A stretch of 64,000 nt of DNA from Hyphomicrobiales bacterium (GTDB taxonomy: Bacteria; Pseudomonadota; Alphaproteobacteria; Rhizobiales; Xanthobacteraceae). The stretch is from contig JAXDNY010000060.1 of assembly GCA_034669145.1 (NCBI GenBank), positions 18,555-82,554 of the forward strand. The letters are read 5' to 3'. The notes under the pieces were generated by a model. The model did not search any database. It saw nothing but the letters and a program-made list of their open reading frames with translations, and had not been told where the DNA came from. Positions 1-9,900 of this stretch are shown one piece after another. The translations under genes and the position numbers were made by a program. Positions within the stretch are counted from its first letter, which is position 1. The number at the start of each line of letters is the position of its first letter.

Positions 1-89
1 ACGGGGGGCACGGGGGTCGCCGCCTCGCCCTGACAACGGCGGGGCCGGTGAGTCGTTCCGAAGAATCTTTGAGGTCGCGGGAGATTTTT

Positions 90-635
90 TCAGCGGGGCG
101 CGCGGCGGGGTGGCGCTGGCGGTCTGGTGGTTGATTTTGCTGCGGTTTTGGCGCTCGTTTTGGCGCCTTTGGGCCATTTGCCGGGCCAGGACACAATGTG
201 ATCGGCGAGTTTGTCGTCCGGCAGCGCGTCCTCGTCGGCATAAACGCGCGCGCGCACCGAGACGCCCGCCGCGTGCACGGTTTGCGGGTCGCCGGAGAGG
301 AGCGGGTGCCACCAGTAGAGGTCGCCTCCCGCGGCGATCAGGCGGTAGGCGCAGGTCGGCGGCAGCCAGTTCAGCTCGGCGAGGTTTTGCGGGGTGAGCC
401 GCACGCAGTCGTGCACCCGCGCGGTGCGGTTGTCGTAATCGCGGCAGCGGCACGATTCCCCATCCAAGAGCCGACATCCAATATCCGTGAAGTGGATCTT
501 GCCGGTATCTTCGTCTTCCAACTTGACGAGGCAACAGCGCCCGCAGCCATCGCACAGGGACTCCCATTCGGGGTCCGTCATTTGCGCGAGGGACTTGGTT
601 TTCCAGAACGGCGGCGCGTCGGCCATAGGGCTCAA
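90..635 (-). CDS. ycgN: YcgN/UPF0260-family cysteine-cluster protein
   Basis: 181-aa ORF. The Cys-rich core ([31 protein letters not shown]) and the WHPLLSGD segment match my memory of UPF0260/YcgN. Ala/Lys/Pro-rich C-terminal tail. Confidence 0.75.
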   Translation of the reverse strand: MSPMADAPPFWKTKSLAQMTDPEWESLCDGCGRCCLVKLEDEDTGKIHFTDIGCRLLDGESCRCRDYDNRTARVHDCVRLTPQNLAELNWLPPTCAYRLIAAGGDLYWWHPLLSGDPQTVHAAGVSVRARVYADEDALPDDKLADHIVSWPGKWPKGAKTSAKTAAKSTTRPPAPPRRAPR

Positions 636-893
636 TACGCCCGCCGGCAGGCCGGCGCGAGCGGGAAATGCGGCAGCGCCGCACGGGCCACCGATTTACC
701 GCATTGGCGCGGACAATATGACCGGCTGGGCGTTCGCGTCCACTGCGCCGCGGACCATCGGGTTTGCCTTCACCCTGTTGCGTTTCTGCCATTGGCGCGG
801 GGGCGGGAACGGGCTACAGGTGAACAAATTGACAGGGTCGGCGGATTCGGGGCGCTCCGCCGGTCCCGCTTGCGTTGTGCCGGAGAATTTCGT

Positions 894-3113
894 TTGCGCG
901 ACCTCAACAGTCCAGAGTTCAAGCCGAAGCTCAAGCGCTTCCTGCTCGACTTCGACTCGCGCCTCGACTCAACCGTGTTCCATGCGGCGCGCTGGCTGCG
1001 CGAATATTACGAGCGCTTCTCCGCCTTCATGGACCGGTTCCATGTCGCCGGCTGGCGGCGCTGGGCGATCGTCGAGCCGCTCTCGGAGGGCGCGACGCTG
1101 GGCCTGGGCGGCCTCATCGTCATGCTGGCGCTCGCGGTGCCGGCGTTCCACGAAACCTCGGACGAGGACTGGCTGAAGAAATCCGAGCTCGCCGTCACCT
1201 TCCTCGACCGCTTCGGCAACGAGGTGGGTTCGCGCGGCATCCGGCACAACGACGCGATCCCGCTGGAGGATTACCCGGATCACCTGATCAAGGCGGCGCT
1301 CGCGACCGAGGACCGCCGCTTCTACGAGCACTTCGGCATCGACCCGTCCGGCCTCGTGCGCGCGCTCACCGCCAATGCGCGCGCCGGCGGCGTGGTGCAG
1401 GGCGGCTCATCTATAACTCAGCAGCTCGCCAAGAACCTGTTCCTGAACAACGAACGTACCATCGAGCGCAAGGTGAAGGAGGCATTCCTCGCGATCTGGC
1501 TCGAGACGCGGCTGACCAAGAACGAGATCCTCAAGCTCTATCTCGACCGCGCCTATATGGGCGGCGGCGCGTTCGGCGTCGATGCGGCCGCGCAGTACTA
1601 CTTCAACAAGTCGGCGCGCGACGTGAATCTCAGCGAAGCCGCGATGTTGGCCGGGCTTTTTAAAGCGCCGACGCGCTTCGCGCCGCACGTGAACTTGCCG
1701 GCCGCAAGAGCCCGCGCCAACGTGGTTTTGGACAATCTGGTCGAAGCCGGAATGATGACCGAGGGCCAGGTGTTCGGCGCGCGGCGCAATCCCGCAACCG
1801 CCCTCGATCGACGTGATGAACGCGTCGCAAACTATTATCTCGACTACGCTTTCGACGAAATGAAAAAGCTGGTCGCGACGTTCCCGAAGTCGCTGCATGA
1901 GCGCGTGTTCGTCGTGCGCACCGGCCTCGATGTGAACCTGCAGCGCGAGTCCGAGAACGCGGTCGAGTCGATGATCCGCCAGTACGGCAACGACTACAAG
2001 GCGCGCCAGGCCGCCGCCGTCGTGCTCGATCTCGATGGCGCGATCCGCGCGATGGTCGGCGGACGCGACTACGGCCAAAGCCAGTTCAATCGCGCGACCG
2101 ATGCGCTGCGCCAGCCCGGCTCGTCGTTCAAGCCGTACGTGTACGCGACCGCGCTGTCGAACGGCTTCAAGCCGACCTCGATCGTGGTCGACGCGCCGAT
2201 CTGTCTCGGCAACTGGTGCCCGCAAAACTATTCGCACTCGTTCTCGGGCTCGGTGACGATCACGCAGGCGCTGGTGCGCTCGATCAATACCATCCCGGTG
2301 CGTCTCTCGGTCTCGCTCGGCGACGGCAATCCGAAGGTCGGCCGCGCCAAGATCATTCAGATGGCGCAAAAGATGGGGCTACGCACGCCCCTGCCCGACT
2401 CCTCATCGCTGCCGATCGGCGCCGCCGAGGTGACCGTTCTCGATCATACCGCCGGCTACACGGCGTTTCCCAATCTCGGCAAGGCATCTCCCCCGCACGC
2501 CATCGTGGAAGTGCGCGGCGGCAATGGCGAGGTCGTGTGGCGCTTCGATCGCGACGGCAAGAAGCCCGAGCAAGTGCTGCGCCCGCAGGTCGCGCTCGAC
2601 ATGAACATGATCCTGAACAAGGTGGTGGAAGAAGGCACCGGTAAGCGCGCCATCCTGGAAGGTGTGAAGGCCGCGGGAAAAACCGGCACCACCAATGCCT
2701 ATCGCGACGCATGGTTCGTCGGTTACACGGGGAATTATGTGTGCGGCGTTTGGTTCGGAAATGACGACTACGCGCCCACCAACCGCATGACCGGCGGCTC
2801 GCTGCCTGCGATGACATGGCGGCAGATCATGGCCTACGCGCATCAGGGAATCGAGGTGAAGAACATCCCGGGTGTGCCGGCCGGTCCGATGCCGCCGGCG
2901 CCGCAGATCGCCGCCGCGTCCACCGGAGGCGCGGAGCCGGCGGTGCGTCCGACCATGCTCAGCAGGCGCTCGATCGATGTGCTGCTGCGCGTCGAGCGCA
3001 TGATGGAAAACGCAACGCGCGCGCTCGCCGACGCGTCCGCTTCGCAGAAGGGCGCGGCGCTTCCCGCACCCGACACCGTCGCATCGGCTACCAGCGGCGC
3101 ACGCGGCAATTGA
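894..3113 (+). CDS. Class A penicillin-binding protein (glycosyltransferase + transpeptidase, PBP1A family)
   Basis: Part of ORF 198..3113. GT51 motifs EDRRFYEHFGIDP and GGSSITQQLAKN. Transpeptidase motifs SSFKP (SxxK), SIN (SxN) and KTGTT. There is no in-frame ATG before the conserved region, so TTG at 894 (or 870) is proposed; the start is uncertain. Confidence 0.85.
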   Translation: MRDLNSPEFKPKLKRFLLDFDSRLDSTVFHAARWLREYYERFSAFMDRFHVAGWRRWAIVEPLSEGATLGLGGLIVMLALAVPAFHETSDEDWLKKSELAVTFLDRFGNEVGSRGIRHNDAIPLEDYPDHLIKAALATEDRRFYEHFGIDPSGLVRALTANARAGGVVQGGSSITQQLAKNLFLNNERTIERKVKEAFLAIWLETRLTKNEILKLYLDRAYMGGGAFGVDAAAQYYFNKSARDVNLSEAAMLAGLFKAPTRFAPHVNLPAARARANVVLDNLVEAGMMTEGQVFGARRNPATALDRRDERVANYYLDYAFDEMKKLVATFPKSLHERVFVVRTGLDVNLQRESENAVESMIRQYGNDYKARQAAAVVLDLDGAIRAMVGGRDYGQSQFNRATDALRQPGSSFKPYVYATALSNGFKPTSIVVDAPICLGNWCPQNYSHSFSGSVTITQALVRSINTIPVRLSVSLGDGNPKVGRAKIIQMAQKMGLRTPLPDSSSLPIGAAEVTVLDHTAGYTAFPNLGKASPPHAIVEVRGGNGEVVWRFDRDGKKPEQVLRPQVALDMNMILNKVVEEGTGKRAILEGVKAAGKTGTTNAYRDAWFVGYTGNYVCGVWFGNDDYAPTNRMTGGSLPAMTWRQIMAYAHQGIEVKNIPGVPAGPMPPAPQIAAASTGGAEPAVRPTMLSRRSIDVLLRVERMMENATRALADASASQKGAALPAPDTVASATSGARGN

Positions 3114-3133
3114 TGCCGGCGAAGGCTTAAGCG

Positions 3134-3712
3134 ATGCGCCTGCTGATCGGATTTCTGTTCTCCTTCGCGGTCGCCGCGGCCTTCGGCCTCGGCCTGACGC
3201 AATTCGCCCTGACGCGCGGCACGGCGTTCGGCGCAATCACCATCGGTGCATGGACGGCATGGCCGAAGACCGGGACCTCCGACATCGACCCTTACGCGCG
3301 TGCCGCCATCGCACGCAGCGGCGAACTACCGATCGGCTCGGGCGACGGCGTTGCGTTCTTTGCATCCTCGGATGATACGGGCCGCGCGCTCGACGGCCGC
3401 TGCATGGTCACGATTGCGGGTACGACACCGGCGGCGCGATTCTGGACGGTCACGCTTTATGACCTCGATGGGCGTCTCATCCCCAACGCGGCGGACCGCT
3501 ACGGCTTCACCAGCCAGGAAATCGCCCGCCGCGCCGATGGCACGTTTGAGATCCTCATCGCCCCGCGCGCACGACCCGGCAACTGGCTGCCGACCGGCGG
3601 TATCGACCGCTACGTTGTCGTGCTGCGCCTTTACGATACGCCGGTTGGCGTCGCGACGCGGACCGCGAAGGATGCACCCATGCCTGCCGTGGCAGCTGCG
3701 GGGTGCGCATGA
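3134..3712 (+). CDS. DUF1214 domain membrane-anchored protein
   Basis: 192-aa ORF with an N-terminal TM helix. The segment IDPYARAAIARSGELPIG...FWTVTLYD...RYGFTSQEI is as remembered for small rhizobial DUF1214 proteins. ATGA overlap with the next gene. Confidence 0.7.
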   Translation: MRLLIGFLFSFAVAAAFGLGLTQFALTRGTAFGAITIGAWTAWPKTGTSDIDPYARAAIARSGELPIGSGDGVAFFASSDDTGRALDGRCMVTIAGTTPAARFWTVTLYDLDGRLIPNAADRYGFTSQEIARRADGTFEILIAPRARPGNWLPTGGIDRYVVVLRLYDTPVGVATRTAKDAPMPAVAAAGCA

Positions 3713-4254
3713 TCCGCTGGCTGTTATGGCTGCTCGGAGGGTTGCTGCTCGGCGGGATCGTGCATCTGGCGACGGTGCTGCTGCTGCCACGTACCGCAAC
3801 GCAGGACGCCTACACGCGGCTTTCCGCCACCGCGCCGGCGAACAGCATCATCCCCCTGCCCGCCCCGACGCCCGACGATGCCGTGCTGCCGTTCATGGAT
3901 CCGGCGTTCGCCACGGCGGTCTGCCGCTACGACCTTGCCGCCGGTCCGCTCAAGCTGCGCGTGCCGGTCAGCCAGGCCTATACGTCGGTCTCGTTCTATG
4001 CGCGCAGCGGCATCGCCTATTACGCCATCAACGATCGCGCGGCCGGCCGGCGTATCATCGAGCTCGATCTGATGACGCCCGAACAACGTGCCGAAATTCC
4101 CGACGACGAGGAAATCACCGCCGCCGACCGGCTGATCGTGGAATCCCCCACTCCCACCGGCCTGATCCTGGTCCGCACGTTCGGTCCCGAGCCCGGACTG
4201 ATGCCGATGGCGCGCCGCGCGCTCGTCGCCGCGCAATGCGGCACGCAAGGCTGA
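3709..4254 (+). CDS. DUF1254-like membrane-anchored protein
   Basis: ORF 3703..4254. The ATG at 3709 overlaps the upstream TGA (ATGA). N-terminal TM helix then LLLPRTATQDAY, the usual partner of the DUF1214 gene. Confidence 0.65.
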   Translation: MIRWLLWLLGGLLLGGIVHLATVLLLPRTATQDAYTRLSATAPANSIIPLPAPTPDDAVLPFMDPAFATAVCRYDLAAGPLKLRVPVSQAYTSVSFYARSGIAYYAINDRAAGRRIIELDLMTPEQRAEIPDDEEITAADRLIVESPTPTGLILVRTFGPEPGLMPMARRALVAAQCGTQG

Positions 4255-4266
4255 AACGAGCGCCTG

Positions 4267-5007
4267 CTATTTCGTGACGAGCGGCGCGGCGGCGAACTCG
4301 GCACCCGCGCAGCGCGCCAGCACCGGATCGGCCGCAACCACGATCGCCTGGAAGCGTGTCAGCGCACGCTCCACCTCCACGGCGCGTCCGGACGGCACCG
4401 CGATGACAAGCCGCTCGAGCGCATAGCGATACGATGCCAGCCGCCAGTGCAGCGCGCGGTGCACCCAGGCGGTCACCATGCGGTTTTCCCGGATGCGGCC
4501 ATACGCATTCCCAATCTCGCCTTCCGAGAGCTCGCTCACATACGCGAGACTGCGCTCACGCTTGAGATCGAGATCGGCGACCGCGCAGGCAACGGCGACG
4601 AACGGCCCGACCAGCCTGCCGTCGCTGTCCATGTCCTCCACCAGCCGGTTGTATGACGAGGCTTCCGAACGCGTGAGCGTCCACAGCAGCATGCGTGCAT
4701 ATTCGGTGTGGTCGTACGAGGTCATGCTCGGCGGGAACAGGTGCGCGATCCCAAATCCCGCGATGTAGATGTTCCAGTTGCCGCGCGCCTCGTTCGGCCG
4801 GATCAGCACATAGGAGCGATCGCGCAATTCCTCTTCAAGGTTGGTCAGCGGATAGCTCGAATAGCCGGTGACCGGGCCCTTCCAGTATTGCTCCGGTATC
4901 AGGCCTTCGAGCAACGAAGGCTTCGGCCGTCCGAAGTCACCGGCGTGTAGGGTCGCCGGCGCCGCAATCGCGAGAGCGATGCAGAAGGCCAGCCGACGAA
5001 AACTCAT
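4267..5007 (-). CDS. Secreted hypothetical protein
   Basis: 246-aa ORF with a clear signal peptide (MSFRRLAFCIALAIAAPATLHAG). No family recognised. Coding-like composition. Confidence 0.65.
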   Translation of the reverse strand: MSFRRLAFCIALAIAAPATLHAGDFGRPKPSLLEGLIPEQYWKGPVTGYSSYPLTNLEEELRDRSYVLIRPNEARGNWNIYIAGFGIAHLFPPSMTSYDHTEYARMLLWTLTRSEASSYNRLVEDMDSDGRLVGPFVAVACAVADLDLKRERSLAYVSELSEGEIGNAYGRIRENRMVTAWVHRALHWRLASYRYALERLVIAVPSGRAVEVERALTRFQAIVVAADPVLARCAGAEFAAAPLVTK

Positions 5008-5010
5008 GAT

Positions 5011-5193
5011 CTAGCGCTTGCGACGCTTGCCGCGTGGCGAGGACGAGTTCGGCTCGAGACCATCGGAATTGTCTCCGTGCCGCTCAACGCGGATCACCGG
5101 CAGAATGATGACGCTGCTGCCGTCATCGCGCGCCTCGATCAGTCCGGATCCGACGGAGCAACGGTCCGCCGGGAATGCGATCACAATCCCCAT
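5011..5193 (-). CDS. Small hypothetical protein (60 aa), possibly co-translated with 4267..5007
   Basis: The ORF ends 3 nt before the ATG of the downstream gene. Basic C-terminus (GKRRKR). No family recognised. Confidence 0.35.
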   Translation of the reverse strand: MGIVIAFPADRCSVGSGLIEARDDGSSVIILPVIRVERHGDNSDGLEPNSSSPRGKRRKR

Positions 5194-5347
5194 GTCCCCC
5201 TCCCCCGGCCAACGTCTGCTCGCCGGATCGGTTCAGGCAGGGATTAAGTGGCCGACAAGGTTAACGCTCCGCTAACGGGACGGCGCTAGGCTGGTCCCCT
5301 GCGAATTCTTAATCCGCGTGCGAAAGCGGGAGGCGGTTGTGTCTGCG

Positions 5348-6376
5348 ATGTTTCCGAGACTGGATGGCCTCGACAGCCTGGCGCGGCGCGACGGCGTCGA
5401 CATCCGCCCGACGCTCGTGCGCGTGCTCACCGATCTCTACGTGCAAAAGCCAACGCACAGCGCCGAGGAAGAGCGTCACTACACCGAGCTTGCGCTCCGG
5501 CTGATCGACTCGGTCGATCTTGCAACGCGCGTCACCATCGCAAAGAAAATCGCCGCTTATGCGGGCGCCCCGCCCGCGATCGCGCGGCGGCTCGCGCGCG
5601 ACGTGATCGAAGTCGCCGAGCCGATCCTGCGGAATTCCCGGGTCCTCACCGCCGCCGAGATCGATGCCGTTGTGCGCGACTTCGGCACCAGTCACGCCGC
5701 GATCATCGCCGAGCGGCGCGAATCCGCTCCGGCGACCGCCACACCTACCGCCCGGCAGCAGGCCCCGGTCGCACCGCCGGTACAGAATCCGCACCGTGAG
5801 TCCGAGATGGGACTTGCCGACTTGTTCTTTTCCGCCGAACCCGCCGAGCGCCGCATTCTGCTGATGAGCCTCGGCTCGGTCGAAGCCGAAACCCCGCAGG
5901 CCGTGCAGCCGATCGAGACCAACCGCGCGCTCGAAGCCGCGGCGCTCGGGCGCGACCGGGCGGGCTTCACCAAGGTGTTGGAGAACGCTCTCGGCCTGAC
6001 GCACGAGCAGGCCGAGCGCATCGTCGCCGACCCGTCGGGCGAACCGTTGCTGATCGCCGCGAAAGCGCTGGCGATGCCGTCCGTCGCGCTGCAGCGCATC
6101 CTGATGTTCATCGATCCGGCGATCGGCGAATCCGTGCAGCGCGTGTTCGATCTCGCCGGGCTCTATGAGCGGATCAGCGCGGATGCCGCCCACAAGATCG
6201 TCGCCAGCCTGCGCGGGCGCGAACCGGTGCGGACGCGCCGGCCCGCACACAAGCCGATGTACTACGACGACGAGGCGGCGCGCTCGCGCCGCGGTTCAGC
6301 GATACGCCGCCCGGGCGCAGCCGAGCCGCAGGCGCCCGCGCGCACCGACACCGGCGTACGTCAGCGCACGATGTGA
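5348..6376 (+). CDS. DUF2336 domain protein
   Basis: ORF 5318..6376. The N-terminal region (RPTLVRVLTDLYVQKPTHSAEEERHYTELALRLID) is typical of DUF2336. The start is ambiguous (GTG 5318, GTG 5339 or ATG 5348; GGGAGG lies upstream). Confidence 0.7.
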   Translation: MFPRLDGLDSLARRDGVDIRPTLVRVLTDLYVQKPTHSAEEERHYTELALRLIDSVDLATRVTIAKKIAAYAGAPPAIARRLARDVIEVAEPILRNSRVLTAAEIDAVVRDFGTSHAAIIAERRESAPATATPTARQQAPVAPPVQNPHRESEMGLADLFFSAEPAERRILLMSLGSVEAETPQAVQPIETNRALEAAALGRDRAGFTKVLENALGLTHEQAERIVADPSGEPLLIAAKALAMPSVALQRILMFIDPAIGESVQRVFDLAGLYERISADAAHKIVASLRGREPVRTRRPAHKPMYYDDEAARSRRGSAIRRPGAAEPQAPARTDTGVRQRTM

Positions 6377-6708
6377 TCGAGAAAGTGCCGGCCGCCGCGA
6401 TCCTCGACCTCGACGATCCAGAGGTCCGGATCGAAGCGGAACTGGCGCGCAAGATACGCCTCGATGTCCGCCTCCGGCGCCGGCAGCACCGCGAGCGCAG
6501 CGCTGAAGGCGCGCTCACTCGGGCGCGCTTCGTCAAACGCCGATTGCGGCGCCGGGCCGTAAAGATCGGCGGTCCCATCGAGCCGGCTCACCTTGATGAA
6601 AATCGCGCCCGCTTCCTCCGCCCCGCGCCGCCGCAACACCGCCGCCGTGCCCTCGACCTGGCAGCGGCGCAGATAGGCGGCGACCCAGATGCCGGTCTTG
6701 AGGCGCAT
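6361..6708 (-). CDS. DUF1491 family protein
   Basis: Internal ATG of ORF 6361..6765. MRLKTGIWVAAYLRRCQVEGTAAVLRRRGAEEAGAIFIKV matches remembered DUF1491 N-termini. Confidence 0.75.
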   Translation of the reverse strand: MRLKTGIWVAAYLRRCQVEGTAAVLRRRGAEEAGAIFIKVSRLDGTADLYGPAPQSAFDEARPSERAFSAALAVLPAPEADIEAYLARQFRFDPDLWIVEVEDRGGRHFLDHIVR

Positions 6709-6802
6709 GCTTTCTCCCGCGCGGCCATGGTTCGAGACGCGTCGCTGCGCGACGCTCCTCACCATGAGGATCGCTTAGACGCTAGCGCAATATTTGAATA
6801 GA

Positions 6803-6847
6803 CCTCATCCTGAGGAGCCCGCGAAGCGGGCGTCTCGAAGGACGAGG
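6803..6847. repeat. REP-like imperfect palindrome (cctcatcctgaggagcccgc-gaag-gcgggcgtctcgaaggacgagg)
   Basis: Imperfect hairpin in the 163-nt spacer downstream of the peptidoglycan-binding gene. It resembles a GC-rich palindromic repeat type I remember from Bradyrhizobiaceae intergenic regions. Single copy in this window. Confidence 0.45.
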
Positions 6848-6871
6848 GCGTGCGCGCAGAACGAGGGGAGA

Positions 6872-7627
6872 TTACTCCAGCGGCCGTCCGGTCAGCGCGG
6901 CCAGTTCACGCAGCAGGCGCGGCGAGATCTGACCGGTGACCGGCAGCTTGCGGTCGCGCTCGAATTTCTGGATCGCCGAAATCGTCTCGGACCCGTAATT
7001 GCCGGTCGGCTTGACGGGGCCGTAGCCGAAATCATTGAGCGCGCGCTGCACGGCGATCACGCGCGGCATCGGCGCGATCAGCTCGGCGATCGGATCGATG
7101 CGGGCCGGCGCCTTCGGCGCGGCGGCCTCGGGCTTGAGCGGCGTGCGGGCGATCGCGCGCAGCACATCCTCGCTCGGTTCGCCGGTCGCCTTCAGCTTGG
7201 CGGACGTCTCGAAATCGCGGATCGCCGAGTCTGTCTTTGGCCCGAGCACGCCGTCGACCGGGCCGTCGTAGAGGGCGCGGCGCGACAGCTCGCGCTGAAT
7301 GTCGGTGATGATGTCGGCACGCGAACGCGCGGCCGCTTCCGGTTTCGCGGTCACGAGCCCCTCCGGGCGCGCGCGCGGCATCACCGGCACGACGCCGCCC
7401 GCGGGCTCGCCTGCGACAGGACGCGGCTTGATCGAGAAGATCGGCGCCGGATGCGGGCCCGGCTGGCGGTACAGCGCATTGGTGAGAATGGCGCCGGAGG
7501 CGATCAGCAGGAGGATGATCCCGATGGCATCGAGCGGATTGCGGCCGAGCGCGCGGCGCAGCAGCCCACGCACGCCTCCCTCGTTTCCAAATTCGGCGGA
7601 ATCGACCGCTATCGCTCGCTCACGCAC
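6872..7627 (-). CDS. Peptidoglycan-binding (PG_binding_1) domain protein with N-terminal TM anchor
   Basis: 251-aa ORF. Two PG-binding-like repeats (LYDGPVDGVLGPKTDSAIRDFE; FGYGPVKPTGNYGSETISAIQKFE). Its start overlaps the stop of the upstream kinase gene by 8 nt. Confidence 0.8.
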   Translation of the reverse strand: MRERAIAVDSAEFGNEGGVRGLLRRALGRNPLDAIGIILLLIASGAILTNALYRQPGPHPAPIFSIKPRPVAGEPAGGVVPVMPRARPEGLVTAKPEAAARSRADIITDIQRELSRRALYDGPVDGVLGPKTDSAIRDFETSAKLKATGEPSEDVLRAIARTPLKPEAAAPKAPARIDPIAELIAPMPRVIAVQRALNDFGYGPVKPTGNYGSETISAIQKFERDRKLPVTGQISPRLLRELAALTGRPLE

Positions 7628-9452
7628 TTTTTCTCATCCTGATGTCTGTCAGCGCCACCGGCTCGGGAACCGGCAGACGCTGTACGTTCGGCGCCGCTTC
7701 GACGACGCGCGTTTTCTCACAATCGACCGGCAGGCGAACGGACACGCTGGTTCCAGAGCCGACGCGGCTGCGGATGCCGAGCTCTCCGCCGTGGAGCTCG
7801 ACCAGCCCCTTCACGATCGACAGGCCGAGACCGGTGCCGTCGTGCGGACGGTCATAGGCGGTGCGGACCTGGAAGAACGGATCGCCGACGTGGCGCAGAT
7901 CGTCCTCGCCGATACCGACGCCGGTGTCTTCCACCGTGAGCGTCACGTCTCCGCCCCCGATCTCAGCGGTGACCGAGACTTTTCCGCCGCGCTGCGTGAA
8001 CTTGACGGCATTGGAGAGCAGGTTGATCAGGATCTGCTTCACGGCGCGCTTGTCGGCGACAATGTCCGGCAGGTCGGCCGGAACGCGGCAGACGAGATCG
8101 ATGCCGGCCTCGCGCGCGCGCAATGCCATCAGGTCGCAGCAGGTGCCGATCACCGGCGCGGCCGCGAATGGCTCGGGCGTGATCTCGAAGTTGCCGGACT
8201 CGATCTTCGACATGTCGAGAATGCCGTTCACCACCGACAGAAGATGGTGCCCGGACTCGCCGATGAGCAGCGCGTATTCGTGCCGCCGCGCCTTGTCGAG
8301 CTGCATCATGTCTTCGTTGGCGAGCATCTCGGAGAAGCCGATGATCGCATTGAGCGGCGTGCGCAGCTCATGGCTCATGGTGGCGAGGAAGCGGCTTTTG
8401 GCGGCATTGGCGCGCTCGGCCTCCTCGCGCGCATCGTCGACCGCCTGCTCCTGAACCTTGCGATCGGTCACGTCGCGGATCACCGCGACGACCTCGCGCT
8501 CGCTCTGCGAGTCATCGCCTTCGGCGCGATCGAGCGCGCGGCAGCGCATTTCGACCCAGATGAACCGGGCGGGACTTTCGGATTCCCTCTCCGCCGCCTC
8601 GCGCCGGATGCGGAATTCAACCGAACTGCTGACGCCTTGCGCGGCGGCGTCGGCCAGCGCCGTCAGATAGGCCGGGCGATCGCCGACATGGACGCGGTCG
8701 AACAGACCGTGACCGAGCAGCGTCTTCGCCGGCGCACCGAACAGCGATTCGGCGGCGGGCGAGGCAAAGCGCACCGTGCCGTTGCGGCGGTGGCGCGTGA
8801 TCACGTCGGTGATGTTGCGCGCGAGCAACCGGTAGCGGTCTTCCTCCACCACGAGGAGGCGCGAACTGGTGCGCGCCAGCGAGGCGCTGCCGAGTGCAAG
8901 GCCGGTCGCATAGAGCGCCGCGGAAATGAGGCCCAGCGCCATCAGGACCGCCGAGGGCGCGGTTGAGGCGAACAGGTGCGGCTGCCCCGCAAGATAGAGG
9001 AGGCCCGCCGCACTGAGTGCCAGAACAGAAGCGATGGTCACGACACGGCGCGAGGCGGCAAGCGCCGCTTCGAGCGGGATGACCACGAGCCATACCGCGG
9101 CGAACGACGTAATCCCGCCGGTCGCCATGCCGATCGCCGTAATCAGAACGGCGAGCGACGCGGACGACATGATCTGCGCGCTTTCGTAGCGGCCGGTGCG
9201 CGACAGATAGCAGGCTGTCAGAATCGGGGTTGCGAGCCATGCGTAGAAGAGGATTTCAAGCGGGCTCGGCATGCCGCTGAGTGCCAGATGGATCGGCAGC
9301 GCGGTCAGCGCCACCAATCCGCCGACGATGCGCGGCGCAATGAATGCCCGGTGGCGCGCCGCAGTCAGCGGATCGAGCCGCGCCGAGGGATGCACCAACG
9401 AGTCGAGGTAGAGGCGGATTTGCGCGAACACGCTCACGTCACTTAAAGACAC
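7620..9452 (-). CDS. Membrane PAS-domain sensor histidine kinase (DivJ/PleC/CbrA-like architecture)
   Basis: 610-aa ORF with a GTG start. About 6 N-terminal TM helices and a PAS region. H-box SHELRTPLNAIIGFSEML, N-box LINLLSNAVKFT, G1 VEDTGVGI, G2 GTGLGLSIVKGL. Confidence 0.9.
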   Translation of the reverse strand: MSLSDVSVFAQIRLYLDSLVHPSARLDPLTAARHRAFIAPRIVGGLVALTALPIHLALSGMPSPLEILFYAWLATPILTACYLSRTGRYESAQIMSSASLAVLITAIGMATGGITSFAAVWLVVIPLEAALAASRRVVTIASVLALSAAGLLYLAGQPHLFASTAPSAVLMALGLISAALYATGLALGSASLARTSSRLLVVEEDRYRLLARNITDVITRHRRNGTVRFASPAAESLFGAPAKTLLGHGLFDRVHVGDRPAYLTALADAAAQGVSSSVEFRIRREAAERESESPARFIWVEMRCRALDRAEGDDSQSEREVVAVIRDVTDRKVQEQAVDDAREEAERANAAKSRFLATMSHELRTPLNAIIGFSEMLANEDMMQLDKARRHEYALLIGESGHHLLSVVNGILDMSKIESGNFEITPEPFAAAPVIGTCCDLMALRAREAGIDLVCRVPADLPDIVADKRAVKQILINLLSNAVKFTQRGGKVSVTAEIGGGDVTLTVEDTGVGIGEDDLRHVGDPFFQVRTAYDRPHDGTGLGLSIVKGLVELHGGELGIRSRVGSGTSVSVRLPVDCEKTRVVEAAPNVQRLPVPEPVALTDIRMRKSA

Positions 9453-9735
9453 GCCCGACGGGACGCGCTCCCCACATGTGCGGATCGTGTCAGAGGGCGC
9501 TTAAACGAACGCTAAGGGAACGCGGCGCCGGAGCCTGCGCGGCGCCGATAGGGGCCAATACCGAAGCAACGGGGCTGGTTTCGTCTCGAATGGTGAACGG
9601 TCGGTTGCCGAATGAAGGCCGCAAGGGGCGGACCGCGCACGGCACCGACGCAAGATGCCCGTCTGTCGCAGGTCTTCGTTTGGTGCGAGGTCGGGCGTGG
9701 CGGCGAGCACGACAGATACGCAAGCGCGCCATCAT

Positions 9736-9788
9736 GATTTTCTTAACGATGAAAATCGTTCGAATTTTAGGAAAACTCGTCGAAAACT
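9736..9788. promoter_or_regulatory. AT-rich block with nested palindromes and an 11-nt-phased direct repeat in a divergent intergenic region
   Basis: gattttc (9736-9742)/gaaaatc (9751-9757), aacgat-gaaa-atcgtt (9745-9760), and GAAAACT twice (9771-9777 and 9782-9788). Function not shown. Confidence 0.3.
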
Positions 9789-9900
9789 TGCCTCGAACAT
9801 GCGCAAAATCGACAGTACTGAACGAACGCCGCCTTCAAAGGCCTCTGCTAGCGTGTCCTCAACCGCGGTGAAAATGCCGTGGAGGACACAGGGCAGAGTC

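Noticed and set aside
1-33. Possible 3' end of a + strand gene (frame 1 reaches TGA at 31-33).
   Set aside because: Only 10 codons are visible, which is not enough to support a feature.
198-893. N-terminal 230-aa extension of the PBP ORF, overlapping ycgN on the opposite strand.
   Set aside because: The extension has no PBP similarity, is Arg/Gly-rich, and overlaps the well-supported ycgN gene. The PBP most likely starts at TTG 870/894.
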